A stretch of 64,000 nt of DNA from Bdellovibrionota bacterium (GCA_965207455.1 CBDBMJ010000003.1:439973-503972); one strand, 5' to 3'. Shown: positions 42,769 through 52,890, counted from the stretch's first letter. Made by a program: numbers and translations. Notes: generated by a model from the letters alone, not told the origin.

Positions 42769-43598
42769 AAGAGAAAAAAATGGCACGAACACATTGGTAT
42801 AAAGAAAGAAATTTTTTAATTGGAGGGCCCATTGTGGCTACCCTCTTTATTTTAGCTTTTTTTGCCCCACTGCTCGCTTCCCCAGAATCTCTGCAAGTGT
42901 CCCTAGAGCATAATCTGGCTTCCCCATCCAAAGAGTTTCCCCTCGGTTGCGATATCAATGGACGAAATATTCTATCCATCCTCATATACGGCGCCAGACT
43001 CTCCCTAGAAATTGGAATCCTTTCCACAGCCCTATGTCTGCTCATCGGCTTAATTCTAGGCAGCCTCGCCGGGTATGCAGGAGGCTGGATCGATACAATC
43101 TTGATGCGAATTCTCGATATTGTGTTTGCCTTCCCAGGCATACTCCTAGCCATTGCCATTGCCACTGTTATGGGTGCCAGCAAAACCAATATTATTATCG
43201 CACTTGTAGCAACGGGCTGGGCAGGATATGCCCGGCTTGTTCGAGGAGAAATACGAGCCCTAAAGGAAACAGAGTTTGTGCAGTCTGCAAGAGCATTGGG
43301 TCTTCATCCCGTGCGCATCGTGTTTCGCCACCTATGGCCAAATATCGTATCCCCATTAGCCGTTGCTGCAACATTCGGTGTGGCAGGAACGATTTTAGCC
43401 GAAGCGAGCCTGTCCTTCCTAGGCGTGGGCGTTTCGTCAGACACACCCAGCTGGGGCATACTCATCAACCAAGGAAAAGATTTACTTATAGAAGCACCAC
43501 ATATTGCAACTTTTCCCGGACTCGCTATTATGATCACAATTCTAGGTTTTAACTTCCTCGGCGAAGGGCTAAGGGAAAAACTAGACCCTAAAGGTTAA
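42765..43598 (+). CDS. dppC: Dipeptide/oligopeptide ABC permease (DppC/OppC type)
   Basis: [43 protein letters not shown]. Confidence 0.88.
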   Translation: MKEKKMARTHWYKERNFLIGGPIVATLFILAFFAPLLASPESLQVSLEHNLASPSKEFPLGCDINGRNILSILIYGARLSLEIGILSTALCLLIGLILGSLAGYAGGWIDTILMRILDIVFAFPGILLAIAIATVMGASKTNIIIALVATGWAGYARLVRGEIRALKETEFVQSARALGLHPVRIVFRHLWPNIVSPLAVAATFGVAGTILAEASLSFLGVGVSSDTPSWGILINQGKDLLIEAPHIATFPGLAIMITILGFNFLGEGLREKLDPKG

Positions 43599-43634
43599 GA
43601 CCAAAGGGGGCAATAAAAGGGCAACACTAGTTTT

Positions 43635-45518
43635 TCATTGTTTTTTCAAGCAAAGTCTTTGTGCGGAATCCGAATTAAGAGTTCCACAAGCTTTAGTGAC
43701 TTCAGGTTTTGGTTTATTTTGTAAGCAAACCTCGTGAAGGGAATAACTAAGAGCACCACAAGCTTTAGTAACTTCAGGTTTTGGTTTATTTTGTAAGCAA
43801 ATATTTTGAAAGGAATAACTAAGAGTACCACAAGCTTTAGTAACTTCAGGTTTTGGTTTATTTTGTAAGCAAATCTTTTGAAAGGAATAACCAAGAGTAC
43901 CACAAGCTTTAGTGACTTCAGGTTTTGGTTTATTTTGTAAGCAAATCTTTTGAAAGGAATAACCAAGAGTACCACAAGCTTTAGTGACTTCAGGTTTTGG
44001 TTTATTTTGTAAGCAAATATTTTGAAAGGAATAACTAAGAGTACCACAAGCTTTAGTGACTTCAGGTTTTGGTTTATTTTGTAAGCAAATATTTTGAAAG
44101 GAATAACCAAGAGTACCACAAGCTTTAGTGACTTCAGGTTTTGGTTTATTTTGTAAGCAAATCTTTTGAAAGGAATAACCAAGAGTACCACAAGCTTTAG
44201 TGACTTCAGGTTTTGGTTTATTTTGTAAGCAAATCTTTTGAAAGGAATAACCAAGAGCACCACAAGCGCTAATGACTTCAGGCTTCAGTTGTTTTTGTAA
44301 GCAAAGCTCTTCCAATGAATGAGTAAAAGTACCGCAAGCTTTAGTAACAGCAGGGTCTGACCTTATCGATAGGCAAAGCTTTCCTGTAGAACCCCAACCA
44401 AGAGCATTACAGGCTTTAGTAACTTCTGCCTGATATCGCTCATCTGCTGTGGGTTCGACTGGCTCTTGTTTCGTTTCCATCACGACATCCGGTTGAACCT
44501 GAGGTTGAATAACGGCTCTTATGTTTTTTGAAACATATTTGCCGTTAGATTCCTTTATGCAAATGCCTGTTAAAAATTTTATCTTATCATTAGAAAGCGC
44601 ATTAAGGGTACTAATAATTTCGGTACAGTCAAGGTGAGCTTGAAAGTCATTATTAGCTTCAAAGATAAGGGAAGTCCAAATAATTCTATTAGGCACATCT
44701 TCGTCATCAGAGTATGGAATAACCGCTCGTACATTCGTCAAAATATAATTGTAATGTCTTGCTTCACATTCGTCCGTTAAAAATTTGATATTGTCATTGG
44801 AAAGGTTATCTAGAGCCACACGGGTGCGCTCACATCGATTATAACTAAAAGAGGTATCATTTTGGTCGTTTTCAAAGGAAACACCATTCAGGAGAATGTG
44901 TTCCATATTTTTTGCGCTATTATCATTTTTCTTTGTATTTGTGGCAACTTCTGCTTGAACTCGCTGCTCATCTGCTGTGGGCTCGACTGGCTCTTGTTTC
45001 GTTTCTACCACAACACTCACACCTGCCTGATCTTGCTTTTTTGGTGTAGGTAGTGCAGATGCCAAAACCATTTGCAGTATCTTCTCATCTGATACTTGTT
45101 CTGTTGGATTCTCTTGAGACGCACAATAAAGACTATTGCTTATGCTATTAATGCCTGATTTTCTCTGAGATGAAGAGCTTGCATTATCAGCAAGCGAAGT
45201 AAAGTTAACTGATACTGACGCCAATGATGCTTCATTTACAATACAACTTGCCTTATGAAGAGGTGTACCACCTTCTTTATAAGTAATATCGCAATCACTT
45301 AATTTTGAAATTCCTGGATTTGTCCTGCGATACTTTCTTGAATTATACGCAACTGCTCTTTTTACTCTCTCACCGTCAGCGACCGTATCACTATAGAGTC
45401 TAATAATGTAATCCGTGTCTTTCATTTTGATATCACAAAAATACGTGTTCTTTTCTGCCAGTACTGTGCTTGAACATAGGACTCCCAATCCTATAATTAT
45501 AATATTTTTTATACTCAT
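43635..45518 (-). CDS. Secreted Cys-rich repeat protein A, cassette 1 (627 aa)
   Basis: Signal peptide, GGGGAG RBS, two Cys-containing internal domains, 24-aa repeats KPEVTKACGTLxYSFQxICLQNKP. Confidence 0.8.
   Translation of the reverse strand: MSIKNIIIIGLGVLCSSTVLAEKNTYFCDIKMKDTDYIIRLYSDTVADGERVKRAVAYNSRKYRRTNPGISKLSDCDITYKEGGTPLHKASCIVNEASLASVSVNFTSLADNASSSSQRKSGINSISNSLYCASQENPTEQVSDEKILQMVLASALPTPKKQDQAGVSVVVETKQEPVEPTADEQRVQAEVATNTKKNDNSAKNMEHILLNGVSFENDQNDTSFSYNRCERTRVALDNLSNDNIKFLTDECEARHYNYILTNVRAVIPYSDDEDVPNRIIWTSLIFEANNDFQAHLDCTEIISTLNALSNDKIKFLTGICIKESNGKYVSKNIRAVIQPQVQPDVVMETKQEPVEPTADERYQAEVTKACNALGWGSTGKLCLSIRSDPAVTKACGTFTHSLEELCLQKQLKPEVISACGALGYSFQKICLQNKPKPEVTKACGTLGYSFQKICLQNKPKPEVTKACGTLGYSFQNICLQNKPKPEVTKACGTLSYSFQNICLQNKPKPEVTKACGTLGYSFQKICLQNKPKPEVTKACGTLGYSFQKICLQNKPKPEVTKACGTLSYSFQNICLQNKPKPEVTKACGALSYSLHEVCLQNKPKPEVTKACGTLNSDSAQRLCLKKQ
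43685..44345 (-). repeat. 72-bp coding tandem repeat (about 9 well-conserved units)
   Basis: CACAAGCTTTAGTRACTTCAGGTTTTGGTTTATTTTGTAAGCAAA... recurs with a 72-bp period. Confidence 0.95.
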
Positions 45519-45758
45519 TTACTTCTCCCCTTACACCACAAAAACGTAGCGCAATGCACAGCATAGTGCAGATAACGAATAGCGTCAAGTTTTTTAAATT
45601 ATTTATAATACTCATTTTAATCAGTCAGCGAATAGCTTAGATGACTGTTTTTATCGGAATATGTGAGTCACCCATATACTATTAAAATCTAATAATTTCA
45701 GTAGGTTCACACTCCATTAAACTTTGGAGAAGAGGTATGTGTATTTTTTAAATAATGC

Positions 45759-45787
45759 TTGAAAAATGATGCGCCGCCTTGTATAGT
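45759..45787 (+). promoter_or_regulatory. Sigma70-type promoter of gene B (copy at 50423-50451; homolog at 56537-56565 on minus strand)
   Basis: TTGAAA-17-TATAGT; the paralog has TTGAAA-17-TATATT. Confidence 0.55.
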
Positions 45788-45849
45788 TGCCCTGTTGCTG
45801 CCAGTCTTTTAAGTAAAGCAACAAAAAAAGAGCAAAGGAGCTTACTACT

Positions 45850-47283
45850 ATGAAGAAAATAATATACCTGTATTTCTGTTACGCAATTTTTCTGCCTCAC
45901 ATGGCATCTGCTACAGACCTGTACCTATTCTTTATTCACGGCGATGCTGAATATAAACATCGCAGTTGTGAGAATGGAGAAACCCGGTGTAAAAAAAAGA
46001 GGCGAATAGACGCTAGCAAAACTGTTTTCTATAAAGCAAAAAAACTTTCTGAATCTTGTGATAACTGTGATGTGGTTATCTTTTATATAAAGCCCGGCAA
46101 AAAGAAAGTAAAAGTCTCTCCCCTGAGGGAGTCCTACTCTTCAAATATTTTTGCAAATGCTCCAGCTCTTTCTAGAAAAGATGAGATAAAGCTTGATGTG
46201 AAAACTACCATCTTCTTTTCAGAGGATGGAGAAGATATAATAGGTCAAACTACAGAAAAAACTAATTTTAAGGAAGTTAGTCGCTCCGGTCGGCTTCTTC
46301 TCTATTCGGATGGTTCTCTTCTAAACGAAGAATCAATAGTTCTATCTGGAACAATTCCACCGTTCATTCCCATAATTAGTGGCTTAGCGTGGCTTATGAG
46401 ACAACCTGAGAGTTTTTCTGAAGAGCTAAAATTTTTAGCTGAAAGTACATCTTCACGAGGAAAAAATTATAAAAAGCAATTTGCTTTTTACTTTGGTCAT
46501 AAAATTCCAGATGAAAATAGCCCCGGATTTTTTAAAAGCAATGAAGATGTGGAATTTTCTATCGTTGCTTTTTTAGATCTTGCTAAAAAGGTTTCCAATA
46601 CAATGAATCGAAGAAACAGACGCCCATTTGACGCTTTTTTCTTCCTTAATTGTGCTACTAGTGTAAACACAGTTTATGAGACATATAAAAAAAATGTTAC
46701 AAACTTACTGGTGGCACATCCCGCACTGGTGCCGCTAATAAGTATAACTTCGTGGGATTTTCTTTCTTTAAGAGAGCACCTTTCTAGTAATAATAAAACT
46801 CACGAGAGTATCAAGGCTTTTTTAGAGAAATCTTTTTCTCCTGAAGAGGAGGGTGAAAGAGAAAGCCTTGTTCCTGTTTTACGATCAGATTATTTGCTTT
46901 CTCTTTATGATTTAAAACGGATCAAAAATAGTGTATCCATGGAAAAAGCGCTGAAGAAGGGAGCAAAAATATCAAAAGTCGTTAGCGAAGAAATAGGAGA
47001 CAAAATAAAAAAATGGGCTGCTGGTGTTGCTGCGCTTGACGGTGAGTCTGTGAGTATCGAAAGTGCGATAGCGAGTTTAGCGGACACCTCTTGGAAGGAC
47101 ATTGATTGTCGTCACTATTCAAAAATGCGGCCTATTCTTGAGAAACTAAAGCCTGCTGTACTAGCTAAGTATAGCTTTAAATACGGTTCTGCTTTGAGGC
47201 GCGCCTTTAAATCAAAAGAAGAAAAGTCATCCATATCAGAAGAAGAAAAAGTAGCAAATTTTTCTGGATGGGCCTGTTTCTAA
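45850..47283 (+). CDS. Secreted protein B, putative clan-CD-like (His/Cys) peptidase, cassette 1
   Basis: AAGGAG RBS, signal peptide. FYFGHKIP and FDAFFFLNCA are conserved in the diverged paralog at 55116-56498. Function is inferred. Confidence 0.6.
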   Translation: MKKIIYLYFCYAIFLPHMASATDLYLFFIHGDAEYKHRSCENGETRCKKKRRIDASKTVFYKAKKLSESCDNCDVVIFYIKPGKKKVKVSPLRESYSSNIFANAPALSRKDEIKLDVKTTIFFSEDGEDIIGQTTEKTNFKEVSRSGRLLLYSDGSLLNEESIVLSGTIPPFIPIISGLAWLMRQPESFSEELKFLAESTSSRGKNYKKQFAFYFGHKIPDENSPGFFKSNEDVEFSIVAFLDLAKKVSNTMNRRNRRPFDAFFFLNCATSVNTVYETYKKNVTNLLVAHPALVPLISITSWDFLSLREHLSSNNKTHESIKAFLEKSFSPEEEGERESLVPVLRSDYLLSLYDLKRIKNSVSMEKALKKGAKISKVVSEEIGDKIKKWAAGVAALDGESVSIESAIASLADTSWKDIDCRHYSKMRPILEKLKPAVLAKYSFKYGSALRRAFKSKEEKSSISEEEKVANFSGWACF

Positions 47284-47629
47284 AAAAAACGACTCTATTC
47301 CTCAGTAATTACTTTAATACTCAAGCAAACACCTTCAAATTATTAACAACACTATAATATTGCATTGCAATATATCAAATAATGTCTTTCTAGAAAAGAC
47401 TAAGTTCTTGAAATAATAGATTTTTCAGTCGGTAGGTAGTATTTTTCAAAAAAATGTCTTTTTTAGTAATATTTTCTATTGAAAAACTATTGCTTTGTGT
47501 TAGAAGTACTGAGTCAAAGGTTGAGGAGGTTTCTTCAACAGGGAAAAGGGTGCTCTCCAATAAGTAGTGCTTTAATTAAAACAACGAAGGGTGGATGGTC
47601 TATCCTTCAAAAATAAAAAGGAGTAAATA

Positions 47630-47989
47630 ATGAGAAATATAATTATAACAACGCTAGTAATTTTACTAGGCATGCAAACACCTCTATCCGCATCTGCAGC
47701 TGTATCTACAAAAGCACCTGCAACTATGGAGGAGATACATACTGGGGCAGACCTAGCTAATCTGTTTGAACAGAGTGAGAAAGCCTTGGCTTTTGTCACT
47801 ACTGCAACTGGAAAAAGTGGGGAAGAGGTTATTGCACTAGCAAACGCCATGACCCCTGAAGATGTTGAGGAGTTCAAAGACAGTGCTGCTCAAGAGCAAG
47901 AGGTGGCTATTTTCGGGTTAGCAATTGGTCTCGGATTGACTGTTGCTTATCTTGCTGTTATCGTCGCATTTATTTCGTGGGTTCTGTAG
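47630..47989 (+). CDS. Small protein C with signal peptide and C-terminal TM (PA2779-like), cassette 1
   Basis: AAGGAG RBS, signal peptide, LANAMTPEDV helix, hydrophobic C-terminus. Confidence 0.7.
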   Translation: MRNIIITTLVILLGMQTPLSASAAVSTKAPATMEEIHTGADLANLFEQSEKALAFVTTATGKSGEEVIALANAMTPEDVEEFKDSAAQEQEVAIFGLAIGLGLTVAYLAVIVAFISWVL

Positions 47990-48014
47990 AAAAATATTCT
48001 ATACAATAATGTTA

Positions 48015-48062
48015 TAAAAAAGCACTTGAGAGAATTCATCTTTTGAGTGCTTTTTTATTTTT
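48015..48062 (+). terminator. Intrinsic terminator at the cassette end (copies at ~52679 and ~62678)
   Basis: AAAAAAGCACTT...GAGTGCTTTTTT hairpin followed by a T-tract. Confidence 0.8.
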
Positions 48063-48226
48063 GAGCATTAAGATTCCTTATGGAAGCGCCACATATTGCA
48101 ACTTTTCCCGGACTCGCTATTATGATCACAATTCTAGGTTTTAACTTCCTCGGCGAAGGGCTAAGGGAAAAACTAGACCCTAAAGGTTAAGACCAAAGGG
48201 GGCAATAAAAGGGCAACACTAGTTTT

Positions 48227-50182
48227 TCATTGTTTTTTCAAGCAAAGTCTTTGTGCGGAATCCGAATTAAGAGTTCCACAAGCTTTAGTGACTTCAGGTT
48301 TTGGTTTATTTTGTAAGCAAACCTCGTGAAGGGAATAACTAAGAGCACCACAAGCTTTAGTAACTTCAGGTTTTGGTTTATTTTGTAAGCAAATATTTTG
48401 AAAGGAATAACTAAGAGTACCACAAGCTTTAGTAACTTCAGGTTTTGGTTTATTTTGTAAGCAAATATTTTGAAAGGAATAACTAAGAGTACCACAAGCT
48501 TTAGTAACTTCAGGTTTTGGTTTATTTTGTAAGCAAATATTTTGAAAGGAATAACTAAGAGTACCACAAGCTTTAGTAACTTCAGGTTTTGGTTTATTTT
48601 GTAAGCAAATCTTTTGAAAGGAATAACCAAGAGTACCACAAGCTTTAGTGACTTCAGGTTTTGGTTTATTTTGTAAGCAAATCTTTTGAAAGGAATAACC
48701 AAGAGTACCACAAGCTTTAGTGACTTCAGGTTTTGGTTTATTTTGTAAGCAAATATTTTGAAAGGAATAACTAAGAGTACCACAAGCTTTAGTGACTTCA
48801 GGTTTTGGTTTATTTTGTAAGCAAATATTTTGAAAGGAATAACCAAGAGTACCACAAGCTTTAGTGACTTCAGGTTTTGGTTTATTTTGTAAGCAAATCT
48901 TTTGAAAGGAATAACCAAGAGCACCACAAGCGCTAATGACTTCAGGCTTCAGTTGTTTTTGTAAGCAAAGCTCTTCCAATGAATGAGTAAAAGTACCGCA
49001 AGCTTTAGTAACAGCAGGGTCTGACCTTATCGATAGGCAAAGCTTTCCTGTAGAACCCCAACCAAGAGCATTACAGGCTTTAGTAACTTCTGCCTGATAT
49101 CGCTCATCTGCTGTGGGTTCGACTGGCTCTTGTTTCGTTTCCATCACGACATCCGGTTGAACCTGAGGTTGAATAACGGCTCTTATGTTTTTTGAAACAT
49201 ATTTGCCGTTAGATTCCTTTATGCAAATGCCTGTTAAAAATTTTATCTTATCATTAGAAAGCGCATTAAGGGTACTAATAATTTCGGTACAGTCAAGGTG
49301 AGCTTGAAAGTCATTATTAGCTTCAAAGATAAGGGAAGTCCAAATAATTCTATTAGGCACATCTTCGTCATCAGAGTATGGAATAACCGCTCGTACATTC
49401 GTCAAAATATAATTGTAATGTCTTGCTTCACATTCGTCCGTTAAAAATTTGATATTGTCATTGGAAAGGTTATCTAGAGCCACACGGGTGCGCTCACATC
49501 GATTATAACTAAAAGAGGTATCATTTTGGTCGTTTTCAAAGGAAACACCATTCAGGAGAATGTGTTCCATATTTTTTGCGCTATTATCATTTTTCTTTGT
49601 ATTTGTGGCAACTTCTGCTTGAACTCGCTGCTCATCTGCTGTGGGATCGACTGGCTCTTGTTTCGTTTCTAGCACAACACTCACACCTGCCTGATCTTGC
49701 TTTTTTGGTGTAGGTAGTGCAGATGCCAAAACCATTTGCAGTATCTTCTCATCTGATACTTGTTCTGTTGGATTCTCTTGAGACGCACAATAAAGACTAT
49801 TGCTTATGCTATTAATGCCTGATTTTCTCTGAGATGAAGAGCTTGCATTATCAGCAAGCGAAGTAAAGTTAACTGATACTGACGCCAATGATGCTTCATT
49901 TACAATACAACTTGCCTTATGAAGAGGTGTACCACCTTCTTTATAAGTAATATCGCAATCACTTAATTTTGAAATTCCTGGATTTGTCCTGCGATACTTT
50001 CTTGAATTATACGCAACTGCTCTTTTTACTCTCTCACCGTCAGCGACCGTATCACTATAGAGTCTAATAATGTAATCCGTGTCTTTCATTTTGATATCAC
50101 AAAAATACGTGTTCTTTTCTGCCAGTACTGTGCTTGAACATAGGACTCCCAATCCTATAATTATAATATTTTTTATACTCAT
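48227..50182 (-). CDS. Repeat protein A, cassette 2 (651 aa)
   Basis: Near-identical to 43635-45518, with one net extra repeat and two aa changes in the linker. Confidence 0.8.
   Translation of the reverse strand: MSIKNIIIIGLGVLCSSTVLAEKNTYFCDIKMKDTDYIIRLYSDTVADGERVKRAVAYNSRKYRRTNPGISKLSDCDITYKEGGTPLHKASCIVNEASLASVSVNFTSLADNASSSSQRKSGINSISNSLYCASQENPTEQVSDEKILQMVLASALPTPKKQDQAGVSVVLETKQEPVDPTADEQRVQAEVATNTKKNDNSAKNMEHILLNGVSFENDQNDTSFSYNRCERTRVALDNLSNDNIKFLTDECEARHYNYILTNVRAVIPYSDDEDVPNRIIWTSLIFEANNDFQAHLDCTEIISTLNALSNDKIKFLTGICIKESNGKYVSKNIRAVIQPQVQPDVVMETKQEPVEPTADERYQAEVTKACNALGWGSTGKLCLSIRSDPAVTKACGTFTHSLEELCLQKQLKPEVISACGALGYSFQKICLQNKPKPEVTKACGTLGYSFQNICLQNKPKPEVTKACGTLSYSFQNICLQNKPKPEVTKACGTLGYSFQKICLQNKPKPEVTKACGTLGYSFQKICLQNKPKPEVTKACGTLSYSFQNICLQNKPKPEVTKACGTLSYSFQNICLQNKPKPEVTKACGTLSYSFQNICLQNKPKPEVTKACGALSYSLHEVCLQNKPKPEVTKACGTLNSDSAQRLCLKKQ
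48277..49010 (-). repeat. 72-bp coding tandem repeat (about 10 units)
   Basis: Same unit as in cassette 1. Confidence 0.95.
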
Positions 50183-50513
50183 TTACTTCTCCCCTTACAC
50201 CACAAAAACGTAGCGCAATGCACAGCATAGTGCAGATAACGAATAGCGTCAAGTTTTTTAAATTATTTATAATACTCATTTTAATCAGTCAGCGAATAGC
50301 TTAGATGACTGTTTTTATCGGAATATGTGAGTCACCCATATACTATTAAAATCTAATAATTTCAGTAGGTTCACACTCCATTAAACTTTGGAGAAGAGGT
50401 ATGTGTATTTTTTAAATAATGCTTGAAAAATGATGCGCCGCCTTGTATAGTTGCCCTGTTGCTGCCAGTCTTTTAAGTAAAGCAACAAAAAAAGAGCAAA
50501 GGAGCTTACTACT

Positions 50514-51947
50514 ATGAAGAAAATAATATACCTGTATTTCTGTTACGCAATTTTTCTGCCTCACATGGCATCTGCTACAGACCTGTACCTATTCTTTATT
50601 CACGGCGATGCTGAATATAAACATCGCAGTTGTGAGAATGGAGAAACCCGGTGTAAAAAAAAGAGGCGAATAGACGCTAGCAAAACTGTTTTCTATAAAG
50701 CAAAAAAACTTTCTGAATCTTGTGATAACTGTGATGTGGTTATCTTTTATATAAAGCCCGGCAAAAAGAAAGTAAAAGTCTCTCCCCTGAGGGAGTCCTA
50801 CTCTTCAAATATTTTTGCAAATGCTCCAGCTCTTTCTAGAAAAGATGAGATAAAGCTTGATGTGAAAACTACCATCTTCTTTTCAGAGGATGGAGAAGAT
50901 ATAATAGGTCAAACTACAGAAAAAACTAATTTTAAGGAAGTTAGTCGCTCCGGTCGGCTTCTTCTCTATTCGGATGGTTCTCTTCTAAACGAAGAATCAA
51001 TAGTTCTATCTGGAACAATTCCACCGTTCATTCCCATAATTAGTGGCTTAGCGTGGCTTATGAGACAACCTGAGAGTTTTTCTGAAGAGCTAAAATTTTT
51101 AGCTGAAAGTACATCTTCACGAGGAAAAAATTATAAAAAGCAATTTGCTTTTTACTTTGGTCATAAAATTCCAGATGAAAATAGCCCCGGATTTTTTAAA
51201 AGCAATGAAGATGTGGAATTTTCTATCGTTGCTTTTTTAGATCTTGCTAAAAAGGTTTCCAATACAATGAATCGAAGAAACAGACGCCCATTTGACGCTT
51301 TTTTCTTCCTTAATTGTGCTACTAGTGTAAACACAGTTTATGAGACATATAAAAAAAATGTTACAAACTTACTGGTGGCACATCCCGCACTGGTGCCGCT
51401 AATAAGTATAACTTCGTGGGATTTTCTTTCTTTAAGAGAGCACCTTTCTAGTAATAATAAAACTCACGAGAGTATCAAGGCTTTTTTAGAGAAATCTTTT
51501 TCTCCTGAAGAGGAGGGTGAAAGAGAAAGCCTTGTTCCTGTTTTACGATCAGATTATTTGCTTTCTCTTTATGATTTAAAACGGATCAAAAATAGTGTAT
51601 CCATGGAAAAAGCGCTGAAGAAGGGAGCAAAAATATCAAAAGTCGTTAGCGAAGAAATAGGAGACAAAATAAAAAAATGGGCTGCTGGTGTTGCTGCGCT
51701 TGACGGTGAGTCTGTGAGTATCGAAAGTGCGATAGCGAGTTTAGCGGACACCTCTTGGAAGGACATTGATTGTCGTCACTATTCAAAAATGCGGCCTATT
51801 CTTGAGAAACTAAAGCCTGCTGTACTAGCTAAGTATAGCTTTAAATACGGTTCTGCTTTGAGGCGCGCCTTTAAATCAAAAGAAGAAAAGTCATCCATAT
51901 CAGAAGAAGAAAAAGTAGCAAATTTTTCTGGATGGGCCTGTTTCTAA
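50514..51947 (+). CDS. Protein B, cassette 2 (same protein as cassette 1)
   Basis: Translation identical to 45850-47283. Confidence 0.6.
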   Translation: MKKIIYLYFCYAIFLPHMASATDLYLFFIHGDAEYKHRSCENGETRCKKKRRIDASKTVFYKAKKLSESCDNCDVVIFYIKPGKKKVKVSPLRESYSSNIFANAPALSRKDEIKLDVKTTIFFSEDGEDIIGQTTEKTNFKEVSRSGRLLLYSDGSLLNEESIVLSGTIPPFIPIISGLAWLMRQPESFSEELKFLAESTSSRGKNYKKQFAFYFGHKIPDENSPGFFKSNEDVEFSIVAFLDLAKKVSNTMNRRNRRPFDAFFFLNCATSVNTVYETYKKNVTNLLVAHPALVPLISITSWDFLSLREHLSSNNKTHESIKAFLEKSFSPEEEGERESLVPVLRSDYLLSLYDLKRIKNSVSMEKALKKGAKISKVVSEEIGDKIKKWAAGVAALDGESVSIESAIASLADTSWKDIDCRHYSKMRPILEKLKPAVLAKYSFKYGSALRRAFKSKEEKSSISEEEKVANFSGWACF

Positions 51948-52293
51948 AAAAAACGACTCTATTCCTCAGTAATTACTTTAATACTCAAGCAAACACCTTC
52001 AAATTATTAACAACACTATAATATTGCATTGCAATATATCAAATAATGTCTTTCTAGAAAAGACTAAGTTCTTGAAATAATAGATTTTTCAGTCGGTAGG
52101 TAGTATTTTTCAAAAAAATGTCTTTTTTAGTAATATTTTCTATTGAAAAACTATTGCTTTGTGTTAGAAGTACTGAGTCAAAGGTTGAGGAGGTTTCTTC
52201 AACAGGGAAAAGGGTGCTCTCCAATAAGTAGTGCTTTAATTAAAACAACGAAGGGTGGATGGTCTATCCTTCAAAAATAAAAAGGAGTAAATA

Positions 52294-52653
52294 ATGAGAA
52301 ATATAATTATAACAACGCTAGTAATTTTACTAGGCATGCAAACACCTCTATCCGCATCTGCAGCTGTATCTACAAAAGCACCTGCAACTATGGAGGAGAT
52401 ACATACTGGGGCAGACCTAGCTAATCTGTTTGAACAGAGTGAGAAAGCCTTGGCTTTTGTCACTACTGCAACTGGAAAAAGTGGGGAAGAGGTTATTGCA
52501 CTAGCAAACGCCATGACCCCTGAAGATGTTGAGGAGTTCAAAGACAGTGCTGCTCAAGAGCAAGAGGTGGCTATTTTCGGGTTAGCAATTGGTCTCGGAT
52601 TGACTGTTGCTTGTCTTGCTGTTATCGTCGCATTTATTTCGTGGGTTCTGTAG
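52294..52653 (+). CDS. Protein C, cassette 2
   Basis: Identical to 47630-47989 except for a Y-to-C change in the TM. Confidence 0.7.
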   Translation: MRNIIITTLVILLGMQTPLSASAAVSTKAPATMEEIHTGADLANLFEQSEKALAFVTTATGKSGEEVIALANAMTPEDVEEFKDSAAQEQEVAIFGLAIGLGLTVACLAVIVAFISWVL

Positions 52654-52890
52654 AAAAATATTCTATACAATAATGTTATAAAAAAGCACTTGAGAGAATT
52701 CATCTTTTGAGTGCTTTTTTATTTTTGAGCATTAAGATTCCTTATGGAAGCGCCACATATTGCAACTTTTCCCGGACTCGCTATTATGATCACAATTCTA
52801 GGTTTTAACTTCCTCGGCGAAGGGCTAAGGGAAAAACTAGACCCTAAAGGTTAAGACCAAAGGGGGCAATAAAAGGGCAACACTAGTTTT

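Noticed and set aside
42947..43552. 201-aa alternative-frame ORF in dppC and other antisense/shadow ORFs within lon, tadA, glpD and the secretin
   Set aside because: They overlap well-supported genes and have no recognisable motifs.
43646..44263. Alternative-frame repeat ORFs (MVLLVIPFK...; also 48238 and 52902)
   Set aside because: They stay open only because a stop-free 72-bp unit is repeated; no RBS, and they lie inside gene A.
43685..44345. 72-bp periodic arrays (also ~48277-49010 and ~52941-53670) as CRISPR arrays
   Set aside because: The units are contiguous near-identical repeats with no unique spacers, are in frame within a protein, and no cas genes are present.
45433..45615. 60-aa ORF overlapping the start of gene A (also 50097-50279)
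   Set aside because: Overlaps A out of frame, has no clear RBS, and is absent from cassette 3.
47540..47600. Fluoride or c-di-GMP riboswitch in the C leader
   Set aside because: Only superficial similarity; the consensus nucleotides are not evident by eye. Kept as an unassigned leader.
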